Below, piece after piece: positions 1-7,198 of a stretch of 48,151 nt of DNA. A program made the position numbers and the translations under genes. Source of the DNA: Deltaproteobacteria bacterium. Lineage in GTDB: Bacteria; Desulfobacterota; GWC2-55-46; UBA9637. Location: the NCBI GenBank assembly GCA_016200645.1, contig JACQEJ010000096.1, forward strand, positions 1 to 48,151, read 5' to 3'. Under the pieces are notes generated by a model. The model saw only the letters and a list, made by a program, of their open reading frames with translations, did not search any database and was not told the origin of the DNA. The first letter of the stretch is position 1. The number at the start of each line of letters is the position of its first letter.

Positions 1-1852
1 GCCGCGCGGGATGTGGCTTGCAGAGAGGATATGGGAGCCTCAACTTCCTGTTTGTCTGAAAGAAGCAGGGATGGAATATGCTGTTGTGGATGACTATCAT
101 TTTGTGAAGGCCGGGCTGAGAAAAGAGCAGTTGGCAGGTTATTACATTACAGAGGATATGGGAAATGTTTTGAAGATTTTTCCCGGAAGTGAGCGGCTCA
201 GATATATTATCCCGTTTCAGACATCGGATAAGTTTATGGAAAATATCCGATGGGTTGAAACTCTCGGAACAAACCCGGTGGCAATATTTGCTGATGACGG
301 CGAGAAATTTGGCACATGGCCGGGCACGCACCAGTGGGTTTATAAAGAAGGATGGCTTGAAAAATTCCTTGAGACCATTGTGAAAAATCCGGAACTGATA
401 AAGCCGGTAACCTTTTCTGAATATATGGACAATAACGAACCTCTCGGCAGGGTATATCTGCCGACCACATCCTACATGGAGATGGGGGAGTGGACGTTGC
501 CTGCCGAGGCATCGGAGACATATACGAATCTTCTGAATGAGGTTAAGACATGGCCTGACGGAGAGCGGATACGGAGATTTTTGCAAGGCGGATTCTGGAG
601 GAATTTATTTGCCAAGTATCCTGAGGCGAATTGGATGCACAAGAGGATGCTGATGGTGAGCGAAACGATTGCGGAATGCGGAATGCGGAATGCGGAATTA
701 GAATCTAAACTCCCAACCCCCAACTCCCAACTCCGAACTTATTTATACATGGCCCAGTGCAACGATGCATATTGGCACGGCGTGTTCGGAGGACTTTATC
801 TGCCGCATATCAGAAGGGCGGTTTATGAGAATCTGATTAAGGCGGAGAATCTTTTAGAAGAAAGGCTTAAGGCTGAAGAAAAACAGGCTGAGGGCAAATC
901 TTCTTCCTCTAACCTCCAGCCTGATAAAGAGGTCTTACGACCAGCCTTCAGCCTGATTAGAGATTTTGATGCTGATACCTTCGATGAAATATTAGTCAGG
1001 ACACCGGAACTTAATCTCTTTTTGAGTCCTCATAACGGAGGCTCTATCATAGAACTGGATTACAGGCCAAAGGCTGTAAATCTTTCCAATACGCTTTCAC
1101 GGTGGAAGGAAGGCTATCATCACAGGGTAAAGGCTCAGGGAGAGGGTGGCCATGCCGGCGGCACAAAGAGCATCCATGATTTAACCATGTCCAAGGAAGA
1201 AGGGCTGGAGAAGTATCTCTTCTTTGATAAAGAACAGAGACTTTCGCTGCGCGATCATTTTTTGAAAAAGGAAGAGACGCTGGATGCCTTCAGAAAATCT
1301 GCGCATGAGGAAATGGGGGATTTTGCTTACAGACCGTATGAAAATAATAAGGGGCAAGTGGCAAGGGGCAAGGGGCAGGTTATTTTTAGCAGAGATGGAA
1401 AGGTAAATGGCCAAGCGGTTTTGGTGGAGAAAAAAATATCGGTTAAGGATAATGGAATAATAATAGACTATTGTGTGAAGAGAAACTCTCAACTCCCAAC
1501 TCCCAGCTCCCAACTCCCTCTACGGTTCGGCATTGAATTTAATCTTATTTTGCCGTGCTGCGACGGCATGGACGGATTCTATGATATTTCCATAGAAGAC
1601 AAAGGGCTTGGTGGTTCCGGAGAGATTGTCGGCATAAGGCAAATAGGTTTAGTGGACAAATGGACAAAGATGAGGGTGGATTTCGGTTTTGACAGGGATA
1701 CCTCTTTGTGGAGATTTCCTGTAGAAACCGTTTCCATATCCGAGGCCGGATTTGAGAGAAATTTTCAGGGCTCATGTATTTTGTTTTTCTGGGATATATC
1801 AATGGACAAGAGTTTTGAAGTAGGTTTTAAAGTTAAGGTGGAAGCAATTTAA
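1..1852 (+). CDS. Glycoside hydrolase family 57 protein (alpha-amylase/4-alpha-glucanotransferase-like), 5' end outside window
   Basis: Frame open from nt 2. WLAERIWEP, DDGEKFGTWPG and CNDAYWHGVFGGLYLPHIR motifs are typical of GH57. Stop at 1850-1852. Carries four low-complexity repeat insertions. Confidence 0.8.
   Translation, partial: PRGMWLAERIWEPQLPVCLKEAGMEYAVVDDYHFVKAGLRKEQLAGYYITEDMGNVLKIFPGSERLRYIIPFQTSDKFMENIRWVETLGTNPVAIFADDGEKFGTWPGTHQWVYKEGWLEKFLETIVKNPELIKPVTFSEYMDNNEPLGRVYLPTTSYMEMGEWTLPAEASETYTNLLNEVKTWPDGERIRRFLQGGFWRNLFAKYPEANWMHKRMLMVSETIAECGMRNAELESKLPTPNSQLRTYLYMAQCNDAYWHGVFGGLYLPHIRRAVYENLIKAENLLEERLKAEEKQAEGKSSSSNLQPDKEVLRPAFSLIRDFDADTFDEILVRTPELNLFLSPHNGGSIIELDYRPKAVNLSNTLSRWKEGYHHRVKAQGEGGHAGGTKSIHDLTMSKEEGLEKYLFFDKEQRLSLRDHFLKKEETLDAFRKSAHEEMGDFAYRPYENNKGQVARGKGQVIFSRDGKVNGQAVLVEKKISVKDNGIIIDYCVKRNSQLPTPSSQLPLRFGIEFNLILPCCDGMDGFYDISIEDKGLGGSGEIVGIRQIGLVDKWTKMRVDFGFDRDTSLWRFPVETVSISEAGFERNFQGSCILFFWDISMDKSFEVGFKVKVEAI
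671..739. repeat. In-frame tandem heptamers (GCGGAAT)x4 then (CTCCCAA)x4 inside the GH57 CDS
   Basis: Read directly: gcggaatgcggaatgcggaatgcggaat..ctcccaacccccaactcccaactccgaact. Encodes AECGMRNAELESKLPTPNSQLRT. Confidence 0.9.
864..956. repeat. In-frame mirrored repeat (GGCTGAAGG words and their complements) inside the GH57 CDS
   Basis: ggcttaaggctgaag..caggctgaggg on the left, cagccttcagcctga on the right. Same word family as intergenic hairpin 25914-25987. Confidence 0.75.
1349..1379. repeat. In-frame AAGGGGC heptamer tract inside the GH57 CDS
   Basis: aaggggcaagtggcaaggggcaaggggcagg. Encodes KGQVARGKGQV. Confidence 0.9.
1486..1520. repeat. In-frame CTCCCAA heptamer tract inside the GH57 CDS
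   Basis: ctctcaactcccaactcccagctcccaactccctc. Encodes SQLPTPSSQLPL. Same word as 710-739. Confidence 0.9.
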
Positions 1853-1927
1853 GCGTCAGAGAGTCAAAGAATCAGAGTGTCAGAGAAAAAACTTTGACTC
1901 TATGACCCTGTGATACTTTGACTCTTC
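1853..1927. repeat. Intergenic imperfect hairpin built from GTCAGAG-type words and their complements
   Basis: Left arm gtcagagagtcaaagaatcagagtgtcagag, right arm ctttgactctatgaccctgtgatactttgactc. Lies between the GH57 gene and kdsC. Confidence 0.8.
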
Positions 1928-1936
1928 TATTAAGCT

Positions 1937-2476
1937 ATGACTAAAAAATTATCTCCAACTCTCATAAAAAAGATAAAGCCCATTAAACTCTTGTGCCTTG
2001 ATGTGGACGGGGTTATGACCGATGGCTGCATTATCTATGACGATGACGGCAAAGAAATAAAGGTGTTTGATGTTAAGGACGGACACGGCATAAAGCTCCT
2101 GATGCGTGCAGGCATAGATGTGGCGATCATCACGGCAAGAGAATCCAATGTGGTGCTTCACCGCGCGAAAAATCTCGGCATAGAAACTGTCTATCAGAAG
2201 GCAATGGATAAGGTGGCGGCCTTTGAGGATATAGTTAAGAAAAAACAATTATTGCCAAACGAGGCTTCATATATGGGAGACGAACTGGTGGATATACAGC
2301 TTTTGCGCAGGGTTGGCTTTGCCGTTGCGGTTAAGGATGCGGTAGCTGATGTAAAAAAATATGCGGATTATGTAACTGCCAGAAACGGCGGTTATGGCGC
2401 TGTGCGAGAGATTTGTGATTTGATACTTAAAGTGCAGGGGAAGTGGGAGGAAGTAACGGCAAGGTATTTTGAGTGA
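1937..2476 (+). CDS. kdsC: 3-deoxy-D-manno-octulosonate 8-phosphate phosphatase (HAD-IIIA)
   Basis: LDVDGVMTDG, ITARES, MGDELVDI and GGYGAVRE motifs; 179 aa. Confidence 0.85.
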   Translation: MTKKLSPTLIKKIKPIKLLCLDVDGVMTDGCIIYDDDGKEIKVFDVKDGHGIKLLMRAGIDVAIITARESNVVLHRAKNLGIETVYQKAMDKVAAFEDIVKKKQLLPNEASYMGDELVDIQLLRRVGFAVAVKDAVADVKKYADYVTARNGGYGAVREICDLILKVQGKWEEVTARYFE

Positions 2477-2489
2477 TACAAAATTAAGA

Positions 2490-3407
2490 TCAATCCCTCG
2501 GCGCCTCCAGCATCCTGTCTAATGCCCTCTTTGCCTGTATTCTTATATCCTCCGGCACCTTTACAATTCTATCCATTCCCTGCAATGCCTCCAGCACATC
2601 TTCCAGCGTGATGAGTTTCATGTTCGGACAGATCAGACTTTTGGATGCAAGAATGAAAGTTTTATCCGGGTTTTCCTTTTTAAGGCGATAGAGGATTCCC
2701 ATCTCCGTGCCCACGATAATGGTCTTTGCCATTGTCTCTTTTGCAAATGCATACATTCCTGATGTGGAGCGCACGGCATCCGCAAGGTCAATCACCTCGG
2801 GCCTGCATTCAGGGTGGCAGACAAAGACCGCATCCGGATATCTTTCCTTTGCCTTTAAAACTTCAGCGGCTTTCAACTTTTCATGCGTGGGGCAGAAACC
2901 ATCCCACCACTCCATCTTTTTCTTCGCTGTCCTTGCAACATACATGGAGAGATTTCTGTCAGGTATCATGTAAACTTTTTCTGACTGCACGGAATTTACA
3001 ACCCTCACTGCATTTGCGGATGTGCAGCAGATGTCGCTCAATGCCTTTACTTCAGCGGTTGTGTTCACATACGTCACAACCGGCACACCGGGTCTCTTTT
3101 CCTTTTCTTTTTTCAAATCCTCTGCCGTTATCATATCTGCCATAGGACAGCCCGCATCAAGTCTTGGCAGGATAACGGTTTTATCGGGACAGAGGATAGA
3201 TGCGCTCTCTGCCATAAAATGCACGCCGCAAAAAACGATCACTTCCGCGTCCGATTTTGCGGCAGCCTGACTTAAAGCCAGAGAATCTCCGCAGATATCC
3301 GCCGCAGCCTGCACCTCGTCCCGCTGGTAATTGTGCGCAAGCATAAGGGCGTTTTTTTGTTTCAATAAAGCCCGGATTTCTTTTTGGAGGTCTTTGGTTT
3401 CTTTCAT
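2490..3407 (-). CDS. nadA: Quinolinate synthase A
   Basis: [23 protein letters not shown] and CPNMK motifs; 305 aa. Confidence 0.9.
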   Translation of the reverse strand: MKETKDLQKEIRALLKQKNALMLAHNYQRDEVQAAADICGDSLALSQAAAKSDAEVIVFCGVHFMAESASILCPDKTVILPRLDAGCPMADMITAEDLKKEKEKRPGVPVVTYVNTTAEVKALSDICCTSANAVRVVNSVQSEKVYMIPDRNLSMYVARTAKKKMEWWDGFCPTHEKLKAAEVLKAKERYPDAVFVCHPECRPEVIDLADAVRSTSGMYAFAKETMAKTIIVGTEMGILYRLKKENPDKTFILASKSLICPNMKLITLEDVLEALQGMDRIVKVPEDIRIQAKRALDRMLEAPRD

Positions 3408-3434
3408 AAAAACAGGCGCGGGGTCAAAGGTATT

Positions 3435-4949
3435 TTATTTGGCGAGCCTTTCCTTGACCAGCTTATTCAACACCTGCGGATTTGCCTGTCCCTTGGTCGC
3501 CTTCATGGTCTGACCGATAAAAAAGCTGAAGAGTTTTTCCTTTCCTCCCTTATATTCAGCGACCTCTTTGGGATTGGCGGCAATCACTTCGTCTATCGCC
3601 TTTATCAATGCGCCCTCGTTTGAAATCTGGACAAGCCCTTTCCCCTTTACTATCGCCTCCGGGTCCTTGCCTGTTTTATACACATCCTCAAACACTTCCT
3701 TTGCGGTTTTTAAATTGATACTCCCTGCATCAACCATCTTGAGAAGTTTTGCAAAGGCTGAAGGCTGAATGCTGAAAGTGGAAGGCTGTGTTATATCTTT
3801 GCCGTCCTCTTTGATCAGCCTCAACAACTCCCCCATGACCCAGTTGGACACATTTTTGCCAGCAGTTCCTTGCCCCTTGCCCCTTGCCCCTTGCCCCTCG
3901 TATTTTTGGACGCACTCTTCATAATAATTCGCCAATTCCTTGCTTGCGGTTAAAACACCTGCATCATAGGAAGGGATGCCATATTCTTTTATAAACCTTT
4001 GTCTCTTTTTTGCCGGAAGCTCCGGCAAGGTATTTTTTATCTCCTCTATCCATGCCTCATCAATATGCAAAGGAAGCAGATCGGGTTCAGGAAAATAGCG
4101 GTAATCGTGCGCCTCTTCCTTGCTCCGCATGGAAACGGTTATCCCTTTATCAGAATCAAAGAGCAGTGTTTCCTGAATAACCTTGCCGCCGTCCTCTATA
4201 ACCTCTATCTGTCGGTTTACCTCGTAATCAATTGCCTTTTGCACAAATCTGAATGAGTTCATATTTTTAAGCTCTGTCTTTGTGCCAAATTCTTTCCGGC
4301 CCACAGGCCTTATGGAGACATTTGCATCGCAGCGGAAACTCCCCTCTTCCATGTTGCCGTCGCAAATCTCAAGGTAAACCAGTATGTCCCGGAGCGCTTT
4401 GAGATATTCCACCGCCTCTTCTGAATTGCGAATATCCGGCTCGCTCACAATCTCAATCAGAGGAACGCCAGCCCTATTCAAATCAACAAAGCTAAAATCC
4501 GCATCCTCATAGCTCTCGCCGTGAAGGAGCTTTCCTGCGTCCTCTTCCATGTGTATCCTTGTTATGCCGATGCGCCTTTTTGCGCCGTTTACCCCCACAC
4601 CAAAATCTTTGGTGTGGGGGTTTACTTCAATATCAACATAACCCTTTTGTGTCAGGGGTTGGTCATACTGGGAAATCTGATACCCCTTTGGCAGGTCAGG
4701 ATAAAAATAGTTCTTCCGCGCAAAGATGCTTTTGTCGTTAACCTTGCAATGCGTTGCCAGAGCCATCTTTATGGCATATTCAACCGCTACCCTGTTTAAA
4801 ACAGGGAGCGTTCCGGGCATTCCAAGGCAGACCGGACAGACCTGCGTATTCGCCTCTGCGCCGAATTTTGTGGAACACCTGCAAAAGACCTTTGAGTTTG
4901 TCAAAAGCTGGGCGTGGACTTCAAGACCGATAACGGCTTCATATTGCAT
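3435..4949 (-). CDS. gatB: Asp-tRNA(Asn)/Glu-tRNA(Gln) amidotransferase subunit B
   Basis: [35 protein letters not shown] and a GatB/YqeY tail. 504 aa, longer than typical GatB because of two repeat insertions. Confidence 0.95.
   Translation of the reverse strand: MQYEAVIGLEVHAQLLTNSKVFCRCSTKFGAEANTQVCPVCLGMPGTLPVLNRVAVEYAIKMALATHCKVNDKSIFARKNYFYPDLPKGYQISQYDQPLTQKGYVDIEVNPHTKDFGVGVNGAKRRIGITRIHMEEDAGKLLHGESYEDADFSFVDLNRAGVPLIEIVSEPDIRNSEEAVEYLKALRDILVYLEICDGNMEEGSFRCDANVSIRPVGRKEFGTKTELKNMNSFRFVQKAIDYEVNRQIEVIEDGGKVIQETLLFDSDKGITVSMRSKEEAHDYRYFPEPDLLPLHIDEAWIEEIKNTLPELPAKKRQRFIKEYGIPSYDAGVLTASKELANYYEECVQKYEGQGARGKGQGTAGKNVSNWVMGELLRLIKEDGKDITQPSTFSIQPSAFAKLLKMVDAGSINLKTAKEVFEDVYKTGKDPEAIVKGKGLVQISNEGALIKAIDEVIAANPKEVAEYKGGKEKLFSFFIGQTMKATKGQANPQVLNKLVKERLAK
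3868..3898. repeat. In-frame AAGGGGC heptamer tract (coding strand) inside gatB
   Basis: Plus strand reads ccttgccccttgccccttgccccttgcccct. Encodes [12 protein letters not shown] in GatB. Confidence 0.9.
4592..4620. repeat. Palindromic element family P1 (CCCCCACACCAAA..TTTGGTGTGGGGG), in frame inside gatB
   Basis: cccccacaccaaaatctttggtgtggggg flanked by gtttac on both sides. Encodes [12 protein letters not shown] between IEV and [19 protein letters not shown]. Confidence 0.9.
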
Positions 4950-5076
4950 CTTAAAACCTCTGGCGTGAAATATTAATGCAGTGTAAAACTAACAGATATT
5001 ATATTTGAAATCAAGGGATGTTTTTGAGAAAATGAAACACCATGGCCGGAAATAAAAAGAATAAATTTATTTTTCT

Positions 5077-5226
5077 AAAACCCCAAAAATAGACTTTGAT
5101 TTTTGGGGGAACCTGCAAGTTGCCTGCCAGACGAGGCAGCGGACAATTTTTACGACGAGCCGTATGTTCACCGATACGGTGAGGAGTAAAAATTGTCCGA
5201 TAACGAAGTATGGCAGGCAAATCCTT
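5077..5226 (-). ncRNA. Candidate structured small RNA or leader: three-tier hairpin plus terminator-like hairpin
   Basis: Helices 5120-5129/5211-5220, 5140-5153/5186-5199 and 5160-5165/5174-5179. Then CCCCAAAAAT/ATTTTTGGGG (5081-5090/5099-5108), followed on the minus strand by TTTT. No family recognised; strand inferred from the T-run. Confidence 0.3.
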
Positions 5227-5252
5227 GACAAAATAATAGAGTCATTTACAAT
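5225..5252 (+). promoter_or_regulatory. Sigma70-like promoter for the HPF-CSD gene
   Basis: TTGACA 5225-5230, 16-nt spacer, TACAAT 5247-5252. GGAGG RBS 5275-5279 precedes the ATG at 5286. Confidence 0.45.
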
Positions 5253-5285
5253 CATTGCTTTAAGAATCTTCTACGGAGGTAGCAT

Positions 5286-5822
5286 ATGAAACTTCAATTA
5301 CAGATCACTGCCCGCAATTTTGAACTCACGGACCTTATGAGGGAACATATCCGGGAAAAGGCAGAAAAGCTGGACGGCTTTTACAGCGACATTATGCGCT
5401 GCAGGGTGGTGGTGGAGGTTCCGCACCGCCATAAGCATAAAGGCATATTGTATAATGTGCATATCTATATGACATTGCCAGGCGGAGAGGTGGTAATAAA
5501 ACGCGAACCCGGCGAAGATATATATGTGGCAATAAGAGATGCCTTTGATGCAGCGCGGCGCAAACTGGAGGACTATGCCAGACGGCAGCGCGGTGATATA
5601 AAACGGCACGAAGAAATCCCCCCTGCAAGAATAAGCGCTCTATTCCCGGATAAAGGCTACGGCTTTATAGCCACATCGGACGGCCGGGAAATCTATTTTC
5701 ACGAAAATAGCGTGCTGAATGATGACTTTAAGCATCTGAAGGTTGGGGCAGAGGTGCATTTTGCAGAAGAACAGGGAGAAAAAGGGCCTCAGGCCAGCAC
5801 AGTGAGGATGATAGGAAAATAG
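5286..5822 (+). CDS. hpf: Ribosome hibernation factor (HPF/RaiA family) fused to a C-terminal cold-shock domain
   Basis: The N-terminal ~100 aa resemble HPF/YfiA (ITARNFELTDLMREHIREKAEKL). The C-terminus has CSD RNP-like motifs KGYGFI and IYFHE, and ends GEKGPQASTV. Confidence 0.75.
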   Translation: MKLQLQITARNFELTDLMREHIREKAEKLDGFYSDIMRCRVVVEVPHRHKHKGILYNVHIYMTLPGGEVVIKREPGEDIYVAIRDAFDAARRKLEDYARRQRGDIKRHEEIPPARISALFPDKGYGFIATSDGREIYFHENSVLNDDFKHLKVGAEVHFAEEQGEKGPQASTVRMIGK

Positions 5823-5825
5823 AAA

Positions 5826-7076
5826 CTACTTTCCCTGAAATCCTTTGATATCCCCTACCCTTTCAAGGATAGGTGGATGGGAATAATAAAGGGTTACATA
5901 AAGCGGATGCGGGTAGAGATTGGACAGATTTTTCCTGGAGAGTTTTTTCAGGGCGCTTATCATACCTTCCGCATCTCCGGTCAGCGCATAAGAAACCCTG
6001 TCCGCCTCCCGTTCATGCCTCCTGATAAATGCGTTCATCAGCGGCTGTAGCGGAAGCGCGACTATTCCGGCAAGAAATGCCAGTATTGCCAGCTTTACAA
6101 AAATGGTGTCAGCGCTGATGTGAAAAAGTCTCATAAGATAATCGCCCAGGGTAAGTTTGAATGATATATAAACGGCAATGAGGGAGAAAGACTCCAATAC
6201 GGCAAGCATCTTCAAAAGATGTCTCCTCTTCCAATGTCCTATCTCGTGGGCCAGAACAGCCAGTGTCTCTTCATGGCTCATAGCCTTAAGAAGCGTATCG
6301 TAAAGCACTATCCTCTTTGTCCTTCCCAGGCCGGTAAAATATGCATTCGTATGCCTGCTCCTCTTTGACGCATTCATCTTCAGTATCCTGCTTATATGAA
6401 TACCAACCTTATCCGTAAGTCCCGTAATCTTTTCTTTTAAGATTTCATCCTCAAGGGGTGTGAATTTGTTAAACAGGGGCTCAATCACATACGGGGATAT
6501 ATACATGACAAAAATACTATAGGCAAAAAGAAAACACCAGACGAAGAACCACCAGTAATCAGGACTCCGCTGGATGAGCCAAAGCGCGGCGAATAGCAAT
6601 AAAGACATCATCACGGTTGACAGCATCAGTGATTTTATAAAGTCAGCTATCCAGAGCCTCCGGGTCATGGTATTGAATCCATACTTGCTCTCTATTTTGA
6701 ATGTGCTGTAAAGGCTGAAGGGAATGGAGAGGATATCTCCGGCATACGAGAGGAGTATAAAAAAGAGCCATCCTGAGATAATGAAGGAAAGGTTGAGCGA
6801 TGCAATCCATGAGTTGTATGCATTCAACAGGCCGCCGAACATAAACAGAATTATCATCACATTTCCCACAAGCGAAGAAATGATGCTGAGTCGGGCCTTA
6901 TCCGCCTCGTAATCCTGCGCCTTTTTAAAAAGCCCGGCATCCACCTCCCCTTCAAACTCAGGAGGCACAGCAGAGCCAAACTTCCTCATATACCTGAGAT
7001 TGAGATACAGGACCCAATATTCAAATGTCTCTTTGATGATGTAAAGACAGAGGATGAAAATAAGAAGGGTATTCAT
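5826..7076 (-). CDS. M48 family zinc metallopeptidase (Ste24/HtpX-like), membrane protein
   Basis: HEIGHWKRRH (HExxH) motif, multiple hydrophobic helices; 416 aa. Confidence 0.85.
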   Translation of the reverse strand: MNTLLIFILCLYIIKETFEYWVLYLNLRYMRKFGSAVPPEFEGEVDAGLFKKAQDYEADKARLSIISSLVGNVMIILFMFGGLLNAYNSWIASLNLSFIISGWLFFILLSYAGDILSIPFSLYSTFKIESKYGFNTMTRRLWIADFIKSLMLSTVMMSLLLFAALWLIQRSPDYWWFFVWCFLFAYSIFVMYISPYVIEPLFNKFTPLEDEILKEKITGLTDKVGIHISRILKMNASKRSRHTNAYFTGLGRTKRIVLYDTLLKAMSHEETLAVLAHEIGHWKRRHLLKMLAVLESFSLIAVYISFKLTLGDYLMRLFHISADTIFVKLAILAFLAGIVALPLQPLMNAFIRRHEREADRVSYALTGDAEGMISALKKLSRKNLSNLYPHPLYVTLYYSHPPILERVGDIKGFQGK

Positions 7077-7198
7077 GGAGGCTATATTCTATACCCTTTT
7101 TCAGGCAAATATACAAGCCGATGCCGCCGGAAAGGACGTTTGAATGTTCCCAATTGCCTCTTCCAAAATCAGATAAAGTATGTTAGGCTCTATCTTCT

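Noticed and set aside
5011-5255. ORFs 5011-5220 (-) and 5067-5255 (-) as protein genes.
   Set aside because: They have no RBS and an odd composition, and they coincide with the strongly base-paired region. That region is better explained as a structured RNA or repeat.
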